This document shows, piece by piece, positions 46,487 through 57,035 of a stretch of 64,000 nucleotides of DNA; within the stretch, counting starts at the first letter, position 1; the number at the start of each line of letters is the position of its first letter. Source of the stretch: Thermoplasmata archaeon. Lineage in GTDB: Archaea > Thermoplasmatota > Thermoplasmata > Lutacidiplasmatales > UBA184. Location: the NCBI GenBank assembly GCA_035656275.1, contig DASRSW010000051.1, forward strand, positions 8,068-72,067, written 5' to 3'. Below the pieces are notes generated by a model. The model was not told the DNA's origin. It ran no database searches and saw only the letters and a list, made by a program, of their open reading frames with translations. Position numbers and translations under genes: made by a program.

Positions 46487-48249
46487 CGGAGGCCGAGCTC
46501 GCCGGCCCTCGCCGCGCGATCCACCGGCTCTCCCCCGAGACGGTCGAGCGCATCGCCGCCGGTGAGGTCGTGGAGCGCCCCGCGTCCGTCGCAAAGGAGC
46601 TCGTCGAGAACGCGATCGACGCCGGCGCGACCGAGGTGCGAGTGCATCTGGTCGGGGGTGGGCTCACCCTGCTTCGCGTCGATGACGACGGCGTCGGGAT
46701 CCCGCGGGCCGAGCTTCCGCTCGCCGTGGAGCGGCACGCGACGAGCAAGCTCGAGTCCGCCGACGACCTTCCCGCGGTCGCCACCCTGGGGTTCCGGGGG
46801 GAAGCGCTCGCGTCGATCGGAGCGGTCGCCCGACTCTCGGTCAGCTCCCGCGTCCGGGAAACCGACGAGGGCTACCAGCTCCGGGTCGCGGGAGGGGCGG
46901 CCGAGGCCGTGACGGTGGTGGGCCGTCCCCCCGGAACGACGATCGAGGTCCAGGACCTCTTCTTCAACACCCCCGCCCGGCGGAAGTTCCTCCGCTCGGC
47001 CGCGAGTGAGCAGGTGGAAGTGCTCGCGACGCTCGAGCGCATGTACCTCGCCCGGCCCGCCGTCGGGATCGAGATCTTCTCCGAATCCGGGGAGATCGGC
47101 CGCTACCCGGGGGTGCCCAGTCTTCGAGACGCCGCCGCTCGGGTCTTCGGGCCCGAGTTTCTCGCCCAATCCTTCGAAGTCGACCTCCCGCTCCCGGACG
47201 GGAGCCGCCTCGCGGCCGTCCTCGGCCGCCCGGCCGTGAGCCGTCCGTCGTCCCAGTCGCTGTACGCGTCCGTGAACGGGCGGCCGGTGGTGTCCCGCCC
47301 GCTCGCGCAAGCGGTGCGCGCCGCCTACCTCGACTACCTGCCGCGGGGCCGATTTCCCGTCGGAGTGGTCGCCCTACGGGTGGACCCCCGACGCGTGGAC
47401 GTGAACGTGCATCCCACGAAACGCGAGGTGCGGTTCGCGGACGAGCGCACCCTCTTTGAATCGGTGCGGTCCGCGGTCCGCGCCTCCCTCGGAGGCCAGA
47501 ACCAGGTCGCGGGGGCTCCCGAGCCGCGCACCCACGCGAGCGGGACGGAATCTCGCCCGCGGGGTCCGTTGATCGGGGCGACGGCCGCCCAAGCGCTCGG
47601 ACGGGGGACCGCTCGACAGCGTTCCCTCCTCGAGAAGGCCGAGGCCCCCGGGCTCGCGGCCACCTCTCGCCACCCTGCGCTCCGCCTCGTCGGGAGCCTG
47701 TTCTCCCTCTACTGGGTCGCGGAGTCCGCGGGATCGCTGGTCCTCGTGGACCAGCACGCAGCCAGCGAGCGGGTGCTCTTTGATGCCCTGCGGCGGGACG
47801 GCCGGCTCGGCCGGCAGGAGCTACTGCATCCGCTCACCCTCGTGCTCTCGCCGAAGAGCCAGGTGGCGTTCACGGCCCACGCGCCCGAGGTGCGACGTGC
47901 GGGGTTCGAGATCGAGCCGTTCGGGGGGGACCGCGTTCGGGTGGCCGCGGTCCCGTCGTATCTTGGCCGACGCATGCCCGCCGAAGCGCTGCGGCCGTTG
48001 CTCGATGAGCTCGCGGAAGGCGGTCGCCCCACGGTCCCGGAATCGCTCGTCGACCGAGTGGCGGCCTCCATCGCCTGCCACGCGGCCGTCCGCGCGGGGG
48101 ACTCGATCTCGGAGGAGGAGATGCGCCGCATCCTCGAGCAGCTGTACGCTCTCCCCGCGGCGAACTACGCCTGCCCTCACGGACGGCCGATCCTGGTCGA
48201 GTTGCCCCGGGGCCGCCTCGACCGCTGGTTCCTGCGCTCGGGGGCGTGA
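46483..48249 (+). CDS. mutL: DNA mismatch repair protein MutL (endonuclease-motif type)
   Basis: GHKL N-terminus IAAGEVVERPASVAKELVENAIDAGA. C-terminal endonuclease motifs DQHAASERVLFD, ACHAAVRAGD and CPHGRP. I set the start at the GTG overlapping the mutS stop (GTGA); the track ORF begins at 46441. Confidence 0.85.
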   Translation: MTEAELAGPRRAIHRLSPETVERIAAGEVVERPASVAKELVENAIDAGATEVRVHLVGGGLTLLRVDDDGVGIPRAELPLAVERHATSKLESADDLPAVATLGFRGEALASIGAVARLSVSSRVRETDEGYQLRVAGGAAEAVTVVGRPPGTTIEVQDLFFNTPARRKFLRSAASEQVEVLATLERMYLARPAVGIEIFSESGEIGRYPGVPSLRDAAARVFGPEFLAQSFEVDLPLPDGSRLAAVLGRPAVSRPSSQSLYASVNGRPVVSRPLAQAVRAAYLDYLPRGRFPVGVVALRVDPRRVDVNVHPTKREVRFADERTLFESVRSAVRASLGGQNQVAGAPEPRTHASGTESRPRGPLIGATAAQALGRGTARQRSLLEKAEAPGLAATSRHPALRLVGSLFSLYWVAESAGSLVLVDQHAASERVLFDALRRDGRLGRQELLHPLTLVLSPKSQVAFTAHAPEVRRAGFEIEPFGGDRVRVAAVPSYLGRRMPAEALRPLLDELAEGGRPTVPESLVDRVAASIACHAAVRAGDSISEEEMRRILEQLYALPAANYACPHGRPILVELPRGRLDRWFLRSGA

Positions 48250-48773
48250 CCGTGCACGAGAGCGATCTCGCTCCGGCGGTCCGCAGGTTCCTCGAGCCCC
48301 AGGGCTACCGGGTGTGGGTCGACCCGGACGGGTCCGATTTCCTCGATGTCGTCGCCCGACGCGGAGCAGAGATGGGCCTGGTTGAGCTGAAGCTCGCGGA
48401 TTGGCGGAAGGTAGCGGCCCAGGCGGCCCGGCGCCGCGGATGGGCCGATTGGGTCGCGGTCCTGGTTCCGAGGGCGAGCCTCGCAGAAAAGCTCCTCGCA
48501 CGGCCTCAGGCGCCCCGGGCGAAGCGGATCGGAGTCTGGTCGCTCCAGGCAGGGGAAGTCCGGGTACACCGTCCGGCCGAACCGCTCTGGTCTCCCGGTG
48601 AGACCCACCCGTTCCCCGAGCTCCGGGCGCGGCTCGAGACGATGACGGATCTCCTGGCCGCGGGCACGATAGCACCGGGCGTGAAGTGGAATCTGCCGGG
48701 CTCCTCCGGACGACTCCCGGGCGGTCGACGCTCGACGCGGGACTGGCGACTCGAGGAGTTCCCGTCCGACTAG
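48246..48773 (+). CDS. Hjc-like PD-(D/E)xK nuclease-fold protein with an uncharacterised C-terminal half
   Basis: Segment HESDLAPAVRRFLEPQGYRVWVDPDGSDFLDVVARRGAEMGLVELK reproduces the Hjc layout E...GF.V.R..GS..D[LV]VA...[IV]E[VL]K. The GTG start overlaps the mutL stop (GTGA). The family call comes from motif recall only. Confidence 0.45.
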   Translation: MTVHESDLAPAVRRFLEPQGYRVWVDPDGSDFLDVVARRGAEMGLVELKLADWRKVAAQAARRRGWADWVAVLVPRASLAEKLLARPQAPRAKRIGVWSLQAGEVRVHRPAEPLWSPGETHPFPELRARLETMTDLLAAGTIAPGVKWNLPGSSGRLPGGRRSTRDWRLEEFPSD

Positions 48774-49927
48774 CCCGTGCGCCCGACGAGCGGGCGGAAC
48801 ATCTCCTCGAAGCGGTCGGCCATCCGCGCGTAGCTGAACTCGTCGGCCGCCTTCTTCCCCTCTTCTCCGAGCACCCGCGCGAGGGCCGGGTCCGCGAACA
48901 GCTCGGCGAGCTCGCTCGCGTAGTCCCCGGCGTCGTCACTCGGCACCACGCGGATCGCCCGCGGGGCCGCGATCCCCTCGAGCGGCACGTGGCGGCTCAC
49001 GATCGCCGGGACGCCGTAGCGCATCGCCTCCCGCGGAGCGAGGCCGAACCCCTCGTAGCGGGCGGGAAAGAGGAACGCGTCCGCGGCGCGGAGGACGCAC
49101 GCCTTCATTCGCTCGTCCACCACGCCGAGCGAGAGGACGCCGGGTTCGGTCGGTGCGGTGGAGCCGACGACCGCGAAACGGGCCCCCGGAAAGAAGACGC
49201 GGATGCGTCGGAACGCCTCGAGCGCGAGGGGGAGTCCCTGGCGCTCGGGGTTGCGACCCACGAACGCGACCAGGGGAACGTCGAGGGGGACCTTCAGGAC
49301 GAGACGGGCGTCAGCCTTCGAGCCGACCTCCACGGGATCGGGGACGCCGTGCGGGAGGAGCCGGGTCCGCGCAGAGGGGATCCCATAGTAGCGGGTGAGG
49401 AGGCCCCGGTTGAGCTCGCTCCCGACGAGGATGAGCCGCGCGCGCGCGAGGGCGCGGCCCTCCAGCGACCGCAGGGTCCGACGGTCGAGGAAGTTGCCGA
49501 CGCGCTGGCGCATGCCCCGCTTCGGCTCGAGCGGGCGGAGCGTGTCGAACGTGTGCAGCGCCACGTCGTGGACGCTCATCGCGAAAACGGGGGACCCGTC
49601 CGGCGCCGTGAGCCGCGCGTCCAGCGCGCCCGCCTTCTCGTCGTTCCCGATGAGGAGGTCGGCCGCCGGGTCGATGAGCGCGGAGGCGTTCCGCCCGATC
49701 ACGATGTCGCGACCGAACGGCCGGCGCGGGACGCCCAGGACGGGCACGGGCACGGGCGTGACGCCCGTGGTCGTTGGCGGGGCCTCGAGCGACGGCGACG
49801 GGTAGAGGACCCGGACGCGGTGACCGCGCGTCGCGAGGGCGGAGGCGAGCTCCCAGACCCCGCGCGAGAGGCCCGAGGTCGGGTCGGTGGGCGGGGCCGT
49901 CGCGAGGAACTCGACCTTCCACGCCAT
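48770..49927 (-). CDS. family 4 (GT-B) glycosyltransferase
   Basis: Segments SGLSRGVWELASALATRGHRVRVL and FLFPARYEGFGLAPREAMRYGVPAIVS. Confidence 0.75.
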   Translation of the reverse strand: MAWKVEFLATAPPTDPTSGLSRGVWELASALATRGHRVRVLYPSPSLEAPPTTTGVTPVPVPVLGVPRRPFGRDIVIGRNASALIDPAADLLIGNDEKAGALDARLTAPDGSPVFAMSVHDVALHTFDTLRPLEPKRGMRQRVGNFLDRRTLRSLEGRALARARLILVGSELNRGLLTRYYGIPSARTRLLPHGVPDPVEVGSKADARLVLKVPLDVPLVAFVGRNPERQGLPLALEAFRRIRVFFPGARFAVVGSTAPTEPGVLSLGVVDERMKACVLRAADAFLFPARYEGFGLAPREAMRYGVPAIVSRHVPLEGIAAPRAIRVVPSDDAGDYASELAELFADPALARVLGEEGKKAADEFSYARMADRFEEMFRPLVGRTG

Positions 49928-49934
49928 CGCGCGT

Positions 49935-51473
49935 TCAGCCGCCGACCCCGAGGCTGGTTCCCACGGGGGGGCGAGAGAGAGGCACGCCCATCTCGGCGAG
50001 GATCATCGGGGCGACGTCCAGGAGCGAGAGTGTCGCCGGGAGCGCGGGGGCCGCACCCTTGCTCCCGCGACGCAGGAAGACCCCGTCCATGCGATGGACG
50101 CCGCTCCCGTAGAAGTACTGCGGGCGGCGCCGAAGCATCGGCTTCTCGTAGCTGAAATCCATCCGCGGCTCCGTCGCGAGTCCATCGATGCGCAACAGGA
50201 CCGCCGGCGCGTTCGGGCCCTCTGCCGACTGGTAGATCTCCCTCGGCTCGAACACCTCGATGCGAGCGTCCGGATATTCGGTGAGGCGCCGGCGGATGTC
50301 GGCCACCACCCGACGGCCGTCCTCCGCCGTGAGGGAGGGATTGTACCGGTTCAGGTAGATCCCCTCGGGCACGGGGTAGGAGTACGCGACGGTGCGCTCC
50401 CAGTCGATGCGGCGGGCCATCCCCTCGAAGCTGGATTCGCCGGCCACCAGGCGTCCGACCCACTCCCGTTCGGCGGTCCCGCGCAGGCGGTCGGCGACGG
50501 GCCGGACCAGCGTGCGTCCGAGATGCAACCGGTCGGCGGCCAAGAGGACCTGCGAAAGGACCCGGCGGCGGAGCGAATCGCGCTCCTGGCCGGCCCTGAA
50601 CACGAGGTACCCCTGTTGCGCGAGCCACCGATTCGTGAAGAAGTCGGCCTTCGCGGGGCCGTGTCCGTGGTCGGAGATGACGAGGGTGGAGGAGGGGCCC
50701 CCGTCGTTCTGGAAGGCCCGGTCGATCTGGCCGGCGGCCCGGTCGACCGTGCGGAAGAACTGCCGCAGGTCGTTCGGGATCTTCGTGACCGGTCGACGCT
50801 CGAGCTCGGTCCAGTGCTGGTGTTGGACGCGGTCGGTTTCGCGGAAGAGGACGAACAGGAACTCGGGGTGGTAGCGTCCGATGAGGTACTCGCTCGCCGC
50901 GGCGTGCTGCTGGACCCCCCGGACGGCGAGCTCCATCCAGGCGGTGCGTTCGGACTCCCGATACGGAGGAAGCTCGGGAAGATACGGGGCACCCAGCGCG
51001 GCCTCGAGCTCGACCCTCAACCCCTCGGGATAGGTCGCGGGCCGCTCCGACAGCATCCCGGGAACCACGAACCCGTTCAGCGAGTAGCCCGAGCGGAGCG
51101 GGAAATTGAGGACCCCGACCCGGATCCCCTGGCGGCTCATCCGGTCCCACAGCGCCTCCGCCGGTCGGAAGGTCTGGACGATCTTGCTCCGGCCCGGTCC
51201 CCCGTCCGGCTCCGTAAAGCCGTAGATCCCGAGCTCGCCGGGGTCCCGACCCGTGGCAAAGGAGTACCAGGCCGGGATCGTCTTCGGGGGGTAGACGCTC
51301 GTGAGCCGGGCCCGGCTCCCCTCGCGGGCGAGGGAGCGGAGGAACGGGAGGTCCCCCGCCTCCATGAGCGGATCCAGGAGGTCGAACGTGGCCCCATCCA
51401 GCCCGAGGACCAGATGGCGGCGAAGTGGACCCGACATCCTGGAAAGCCCGCCCCCCCTCAGGGGGCGGAGCAT
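49935..51473 (-). CDS. alkaline-phosphatase-superfamily protein (type I phosphodiesterase / nucleotide pyrophosphatase-like)
   Basis: Segments LVLGLDGATFDLLDPLM, VYPPKTIPAWYSFATGRDPGELG and LVISDHGHGP. I trimmed the track ORF (51620) to the ATG at 51473. The ATG at 51437 is equally possible, given the TATA-like CTTATAAG at 51487-51494. Confidence 0.65.
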   Translation of the reverse strand: MLRPLRGGGLSRMSGPLRRHLVLGLDGATFDLLDPLMEAGDLPFLRSLAREGSRARLTSVYPPKTIPAWYSFATGRDPGELGIYGFTEPDGGPGRSKIVQTFRPAEALWDRMSRQGIRVGVLNFPLRSGYSLNGFVVPGMLSERPATYPEGLRVELEAALGAPYLPELPPYRESERTAWMELAVRGVQQHAAASEYLIGRYHPEFLFVLFRETDRVQHQHWTELERRPVTKIPNDLRQFFRTVDRAAGQIDRAFQNDGGPSSTLVISDHGHGPAKADFFTNRWLAQQGYLVFRAGQERDSLRRRVLSQVLLAADRLHLGRTLVRPVADRLRGTAEREWVGRLVAGESSFEGMARRIDWERTVAYSYPVPEGIYLNRYNPSLTAEDGRRVVADIRRRLTEYPDARIEVFEPREIYQSAEGPNAPAVLLRIDGLATEPRMDFSYEKPMLRRRPQYFYGSGVHRMDGVFLRRGSKGAAPALPATLSLLDVAPMILAEMGVPLSRPPVGTSLGVGG

Positions 51474-51516
51474 GGAGGACCCCCGACTTATAAGAGTCCC
51501 CGGCCGCCGGAGCGAC

Positions 51517-53421
51517 TCAGATGAGGCGGACCGCCTCGAGGTTGTACGGAACGCGGCTCTCGAGGTTGAACCGCTTGTGGAGCGCGCTCGAGAGGTCGAG
51601 CGCTTTCGATTCCTCGCCATGGCTCAAGATGACCCGCTGGGGGCGCGGGTCGACGGTCGCCACGTAGTTCATGAGCTGCATGCGGTCCGAGTGGCCGCTG
51701 AACCCCTCGATGGTCGCGACCTCGAGCTTCACCGGGATCGACTGCTGGCGGCTCCCGTCCATGAAGGTCGCCTCGCCCAGGCCGCGCTGAAGGCGGCGCC
51801 CGAACGTGCCCTCGGCCTGGTAGCCGACGAAGAGGATGCCGTTCTTCTCCTCGGGGGCCCAGGCCTTGAAGTACTCCATGACCGGGCCGCCGCTCATCAT
51901 GCCCGACGTGGCGAGCACGACGCACGGCTCCTTGCTGTCGAGGATCTCCATCCGCATGTGCGACGAATCGACGCGGCGGAAGATGTCGGACAGGAACGGG
52001 TTGTCCCCCTGCTGGAAGATCTGCGTCCGTAGCTGGCTGTTCAAGTACTCCGGATAGGCGGTGTGGATCGCCGTCGCCTCGAAGATCATCCCGTCGAGGA
52101 AGACCGGCGCCTGCGGGATCCGGCCCATGCGCATCCCCTCCTCCAGGACGAGCATGACCTCCTGCGAGCGGCCGACGGCGAAAACGGGGACCACCAGCTT
52201 CCCGCCCCGCCCCAGGACCTTGGAGGCGAGGTTGCCGAACTCGTCGGTCGCCTGCTGCCGCGTGGGCTGGACGTCGCGGTAGCCGCCGTACGTCGATTCG
52301 AGGATGAGCGTCTCGAGCCGGGGGAACCGGTTCGCCGCGGGATTGAACAGCCAGCTGCGCTCGAACTTGATGTCCCCGGAGTACGCGAGGTTGTAGTCGC
52401 CGTCGCCCAGGTGGAAGTGGGCCATGGACGAGCCCAGAATGTGCCCGGCATTGTGAAGGGTGAGCCGCATGTCCGGGGTGATGTCCGTCGTCTCGCCCCA
52501 GCGGAGCGGGATGGCCCGGGTCACGAGCTCCCGTACGTGGGAGGAATCGTAGAGCCCCTTGCGGGCCTCCTGGTTCGTGACCTTGATCGCGTCGAGGAGC
52601 ATGAGCGTCATCAGGTCCCGGGTGGGGGCGGTGCAGTAGATCGGGCCCGAGTAGCCGTACTTGAGGAGCACGGGGACGAGCCCGCAATGGTCGAGATGGG
52701 CGTGGGTCACCACCACCGCGTCCAGCGAGTCGAGCGGGAGGAGCTCGGGGGCGTTGAAGAAGGGGGTGCGGTCCGAGCCGGGGTCGATCCCGCAGTCGAT
52801 GAGGACCTTCGAGTTCTGCGTCGTCAGAAGGTGCGCGCTGCGGCCGACCTCGCGGTACCCTCCGAGCGCCGTGTTGCGAGCCCAGATCTTCTCGGGAAGC
52901 CGGTCGCGAGAGATGCGCACCCCGACCTTCTTGAGGAACGAGCGCCGGTCGTCGAACTCGTTCCTAAGGTGGATGCGGACCTCCTCGACCGTCTTCGACG
53001 GGATGGGCGGGGTGCGCACGACCGTCGGGACCCAACCGATCCGACGCTTGAGCTCGTTCAGTACCGAGCCCTGCCGGCCGATCGCGGCCCCGGGGTTGCC
53101 TGCCTCGATCGTCACCTCGCCGGTTTCGGGCTCAAAGAACAGCTGGGCGATCTCCGCTTCGGCCGGGATCAGCTCGCGGATCGCCGCTTCGGCCTGCTTG
53201 GGGTCGACCAGGATGGCCGGGTCGCTGCGGACCAGCACGCGTCGCCGAAGCCGCTGGGCGATCTGGCGGAGGTAATCCCCGCCCGACAGGAAGGCATCGA
53301 GCTGCTTCGTGTAGAGCACGATGTGCGGGCCCTCGAGTTCGATGTCCGTGACCTCGATGGTCTCGGGCAACACCTCCTTCAGGGCCTGTTTGGTTTCGTT
53401 GAGTAACGAGTCGAAACTCAT
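51517..53421 (-). CDS. aCPSF1 (FttA) KH + beta-CASP ribonuclease / transcription termination factor
   Basis: N-terminal KH region ([16 protein letters not shown]), MBL motif [10 protein letters not shown], beta-CASP segment, and a C-terminal ...GHSD motif. Confidence 0.85.
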   Translation of the reverse strand: MSFDSLLNETKQALKEVLPETIEVTDIELEGPHIVLYTKQLDAFLSGGDYLRQIAQRLRRRVLVRSDPAILVDPKQAEAAIRELIPAEAEIAQLFFEPETGEVTIEAGNPGAAIGRQGSVLNELKRRIGWVPTVVRTPPIPSKTVEEVRIHLRNEFDDRRSFLKKVGVRISRDRLPEKIWARNTALGGYREVGRSAHLLTTQNSKVLIDCGIDPGSDRTPFFNAPELLPLDSLDAVVVTHAHLDHCGLVPVLLKYGYSGPIYCTAPTRDLMTLMLLDAIKVTNQEARKGLYDSSHVRELVTRAIPLRWGETTDITPDMRLTLHNAGHILGSSMAHFHLGDGDYNLAYSGDIKFERSWLFNPAANRFPRLETLILESTYGGYRDVQPTRQQATDEFGNLASKVLGRGGKLVVPVFAVGRSQEVMLVLEEGMRMGRIPQAPVFLDGMIFEATAIHTAYPEYLNSQLRTQIFQQGDNPFLSDIFRRVDSSHMRMEILDSKEPCVVLATSGMMSGGPVMEYFKAWAPEEKNGILFVGYQAEGTFGRRLQRGLGEATFMDGSRQQSIPVKLEVATIEGFSGHSDRMQLMNYVATVDPRPQRVILSHGEESKALDLSSALHKRFNLESRVPYNLEAVRLI

Positions 53422-53478
53422 GGACAGTGGGAAGCGGTTGGCGGGAAGGGGTTGGGCCGAGGGTCGGAGAGCGACGAA

Positions 53479-54150
53479 CTAAGGGAGCTGCGGCGGGAGC
53501 GGGATCTTGAGCGCCTTCAGGCGCTTATTGATCTCGTCCTCGCTGAACTCCTTGTACTCTTTGGTAGTGATCGTGTTGACGATATACCCATCGCCGCTCG
53601 CGCTGTCCCGCTTCATGGCGGCGGTCAAGCCGCGCAGCGCGAGGTCCACGCCGTCCGCGACCGTCATGTCGCGGCTGTAGCCCTCCTCGAGCACGCCGTA
53701 GGCGAACGACGAGCCGCTGCCGACCGATACGAACCGGTCCTCGATGGAGCCGCCCGCGGGGTCGACGGAGTAGACGTGGCCGCCCTTCCCGTCCACGCCG
53801 CCCAGGATGAGCCAGGCGTAGTAGGGGAACATGCGGTTGCCGTTGAGAATGTTCGCGAGCAGCGTCGCGGCGCCCTCGGCGTTGAGCTGCGCGCCCCGGC
53901 GGAGCCGGTAGAGCGCCACTTCCGCCTTGAGGTAGCGGGCAAGCACCTGGGCGTCGCCCACGAGCCCGGCCACGGTGACCCCGATGTTGCCGTCGATCTT
54001 GAACAGCTTCTGGGTCATCTTGTTCGCGATGAGGTTGCCGGCGGTGGCCCGGCGCTCGGTCGCCAAAACGACGCCGTCCTTACAGACGAGGCCGATGGTG
54101 GTGGTCCCCTTGAGGAATCGCTCCTCGTCGGCGGCTGGAACTGCCTGCAT
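53479..54150 (-). CDS. psmB: proteasome subunit beta
   Basis: Propeptide followed by the active-site LKG|[26 protein letters not shown] lies 8 nt upstream of the ATG, and the TATA-like GTATATAAGG is at 54197-54206. Confidence 0.9.
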   Translation of the reverse strand: MQAVPAADEERFLKGTTTIGLVCKDGVVLATERRATAGNLIANKMTQKLFKIDGNIGVTVAGLVGDAQVLARYLKAEVALYRLRRGAQLNAEGAATLLANILNGNRMFPYYAWLILGGVDGKGGHVYSVDPAGGSIEDRFVSVGSGSSFAYGVLEEGYSRDMTVADGVDLALRGLTAAMKRDSASGDGYIVNTITTKEYKEFSEDEINKRLKALKIPLPPQLP

Positions 54151-54381
54151 ACAATCCTCCAGCTAGGCTGGAAAACGGGCAGGGTGACTAAGGGGGGGTA
54201 TATAAGGACTCGTGAGGCGCTTACGCCGGATTCAGTCGGTGAAGCCGCGGGGGGACCCGGTTGCCGGGCCCCGGGCCCGGTCCGGGTCGGATCGGGTCGA
54301 GCGTCGACCACGCTAATCCCGGGGGCGCGTCGCGGGCGAAGGATTTTAGTCCGACAGGGCTCGGGACGGCTGGATTCTTCA

Positions 54382-56055
54382 ATGCGGTCACACGAAGTCG
54401 TCGTGGTCGGAGCGGGTTTGGCCGGCCAGCGCGCGGCTCTCGCCGCGGTGGAAGCCGGCCGCGACGTGGCGATCGTCTCGAAGCTCCATCCGCTGCGCTC
54501 CCACTCCGGGGCCGCCCAGGGCGGGATCAACGCCGCCGTAGGGAAAGAGGACTCCGTCGACACGCACATCTACGACACGGTCAAGGGCTCCGACTATCTC
54601 GGGGACCAGGACGCGATCGAGTTCTTCTGCACCGAGGCCGGGCCGACCGTCGTCGAGATGGAGCACTTCGGAACGATCTTCAGCCGGGCGCCGGACGGCT
54701 CGTTGGCCCGCCGACCGTTCGGGGGAGCGGGGTTCCCCCGGACCATCTACGCCGCCGACCGCACGGGACTCGCCCTCTTGCAGGCCCTCTACGAACGGCT
54801 CGGCACCGAGCGGTTCACGGTGTACGAGGAATGGGACTTGACCTCCATCATCGTACGCGACGGCCGTGCGCAGGGTATCGTCGCGTTCGACCGGCGACGC
54901 GGCGACTTCGAGGAGATCGCGGCGCGGTCGGTCGTCATCGCCACCGGCCCCGCGGGCCGGATCTACGGGCGCACGACGAACGCCCATTCGTGCACGGGGG
55001 ACGGGGTCGCTGCCGCGTATCGGGCCGGGGCTTTTCTCAAGGATATGGAGTTCGTCCAGTTCCACCCCACCGCGCTCCTCGGGAGCGGCATCCTGATCAC
55101 CGAAGGGGCCCGGGGCGAGGGCGGGATCCTGAAGAACGCCTCGGGGGAGCGGTTCATGGCCCGCTACGCTCCCCACGTTCTCGAGCTCGCGTCGCGCGAC
55201 GTCGTCTCCCGCGCCATTGTGACCGAGGTCCTAGAGGGTCGAGGCTTTCCGGGGGGATATGTCGACCTGGAACTCATGCACTTGGGCCGGGAGCGGATCG
55301 AGAGCCGGCTCCAAGAGATCTGTGATTTCTGCCGGTCGTTCGCCGGGATCGACCCCGTCACCCAGCCGATCCCCGTGTTCCCCGCCCAGCACTACATGAT
55401 GGGCGGGATCGGCACCAATATCCGCGGGGAGACGAACATCCCCGGGCTCTACGCCGCGGGGGAGGCCGCCTGCGTCTCCATCCACGGGGCCAACCGACTC
55501 GGCGGGAACTCGCTTCTCGAGACCTTGGTCTTCGGAAAGCAGGCCGGGACCGCCGCGGCCGAGCACGCGACGCGCGCCCCTCTTCCCGAGCTCCACGCCG
55601 CCGACCTCACCCCGGATGTGGAGCGGGTCCGGGCGATGTCGGCTCGGAGCGACGGGGAGGAGCCGCAGCACCTCCGCACGGAGATGCAGGAGACGATGGA
55701 CCGCTACGTGGGCATCTACCGGACCCCGGAGGAGCTCGTCGAGGGCCTCCGGCGCATCCAGGCGCTCCAGACGCGGTTCGGGACGGTCCGGGTGGTCGAC
55801 CAGTCCAAGGTCTACAACATCAACCTCACGGACGCGCTCGAGACCGGCCACATGCTGGACCTCGCCGAGGTCATCGTCGCGGGAGCGATCGCCCGGACCG
55901 AGAGCCGCGGGGCCCACACCCGCCGGGACTTCCCGAAGCGCGACGACGCCAACTGGATGAAGCACACGATGGCCCGGAGGACGCCGACCGGACCGGAGCT
56001 CTCCTACACGCCCGTCGCGTATACCCGGTGGGAGCCGAAGGAGCGGGTGTACTGA
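54382..56055 (+). CDS. sdhA: succinate dehydrogenase / fumarate reductase flavoprotein subunit
   Basis: Segments [15 protein letters not shown], the covalent-FAD His region [17 protein letters not shown] and RGEGG. I trimmed the track ORF (53452, antisense to psmB) to the ATG at 54382. Confidence 0.9.
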   Translation: MRSHEVVVVGAGLAGQRAALAAVEAGRDVAIVSKLHPLRSHSGAAQGGINAAVGKEDSVDTHIYDTVKGSDYLGDQDAIEFFCTEAGPTVVEMEHFGTIFSRAPDGSLARRPFGGAGFPRTIYAADRTGLALLQALYERLGTERFTVYEEWDLTSIIVRDGRAQGIVAFDRRRGDFEEIAARSVVIATGPAGRIYGRTTNAHSCTGDGVAAAYRAGAFLKDMEFVQFHPTALLGSGILITEGARGEGGILKNASGERFMARYAPHVLELASRDVVSRAIVTEVLEGRGFPGGYVDLELMHLGRERIESRLQEICDFCRSFAGIDPVTQPIPVFPAQHYMMGGIGTNIRGETNIPGLYAAGEAACVSIHGANRLGGNSLLETLVFGKQAGTAAAEHATRAPLPELHAADLTPDVERVRAMSARSDGEEPQHLRTEMQETMDRYVGIYRTPEELVEGLRRIQALQTRFGTVRVVDQSKVYNINLTDALETGHMLDLAEVIVAGAIARTESRGAHTRRDFPKRDDANWMKHTMARRTPTGPELSYTPVAYTRWEPKERVY

Positions 56056-57035
56056 TGGGGGAGGACTTGGTCGACGCGAAGTTCCAGGTCTTCCGGTTCG
56101 ACCCGGCGCGCGACGCGGCGCCCCGCTACGACTCCTACACGGTGAAGGTCGCCCCCCACACGCCCGTACTGACGGCGCTCCTTAAGATCCGGGCGGACCT
56201 CGACCCGACCCTCACGCTCCGCTACTCGTGCCGCAGTGCCATCTGCGGCTCCTGTTCGATGCTCATCAACTCGAAGAGCCGCCTCGCCTGCCAGACCCCC
56301 GTCGGCCCCGAGCTCGCGCGTCATGGCACGATAGTCATCGACCCGATGAGGAATCTGCCGGTCCTCCGCGACCTGGTGGTGGGCATGGACTCGTTCTGGG
56401 GCAACTACCGCCGGATTGAGCCGCATCTCATCCCCGACGTCCACCACCCCATGCCGGTCGGACGGGAGAACCCGATGACCCCGGACCAGGTCGACCGATT
56501 CCACGAGACCCCGCGGTGCATCGCCTGCGCGGCCTGCTATTCGGCCTGCCCGGCGGTCGAGGCCGACCCGGCGTTCCCGGGCCCGATGGCGCTCGCCAAG
56601 CTCTACCGGTTCGTCGTGGACCCGCGCGATGGTGCGACGGCGGAGCGGCTCTACCGGATCCAGCCCGGCGGCCTGTGGCTCTGTCTGCGCTGTCATCTGT
56701 GCACGGAGGCCTGCCCGAAGGACGTCCGACCCTCGGAGCGGATCCGGGACCTCAAGGAGATGGCCGTCGCCATACGGGGGGGCTCGGAGCCCGGATCCCG
56801 TCACGCCGTCGGCTTCAAGGACAACATCCGCGAACGAGGGATGCTCAACGAGATGAAGCTGGTCCGTCAGACCTCCGGGATCGTGGGCCTCGTCAGCCAG
56901 CTCCCGCAGGGAGTCCGGCTGGCCCGGAAGAAGCCCGAACTCCTCCATGCGCCGCGAACGATCGAGGGCCAGGAGGAAGTGGAGACGCTCTACGAGATGC
57001 TGGACGACGCCGCCCCCAAGGAGGAGAAGTCGTGA
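56055..57035 (+). CDS. sdhB: succinate dehydrogenase iron-sulfur subunit, long type-E-like form
   Basis: 2Fe-2S motif [11 protein letters not shown]...C, then [12 protein letters not shown] and a second complete [12 protein letters not shown]. The protein is 326 aa, like Sulfolobales-type SdhB. The ATG overlaps the sdhA stop. Confidence 0.8.
   Translation: MGEDLVDAKFQVFRFDPARDAAPRYDSYTVKVAPHTPVLTALLKIRADLDPTLTLRYSCRSAICGSCSMLINSKSRLACQTPVGPELARHGTIVIDPMRNLPVLRDLVVGMDSFWGNYRRIEPHLIPDVHHPMPVGRENPMTPDQVDRFHETPRCIACAACYSACPAVEADPAFPGPMALAKLYRFVVDPRDGATAERLYRIQPGGLWLCLRCHLCTEACPKDVRPSERIRDLKEMAVAIRGGSEPGSRHAVGFKDNIRERGMLNEMKLVRQTSGIVGLVSQLPQGVRLARKKPELLHAPRTIEGQEEVETLYEMLDDAAPKEEKS

Noticed and set aside
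43793-46594. 933-aa ORF on the minus strand
   Set aside because: It is antisense to mutS, which has unmistakable motifs. The ORF also runs through the tRNA-Ser gene. Treated as a high-GC shadow ORF.
53452-54381. 310-codon 5' extension of the sdhA ORF in the track
   Set aside because: The extension is antisense to psmB and crosses the psmB promoter. A canonical SdhA N-terminus ([15 protein letters not shown]) begins at ATG 54382.
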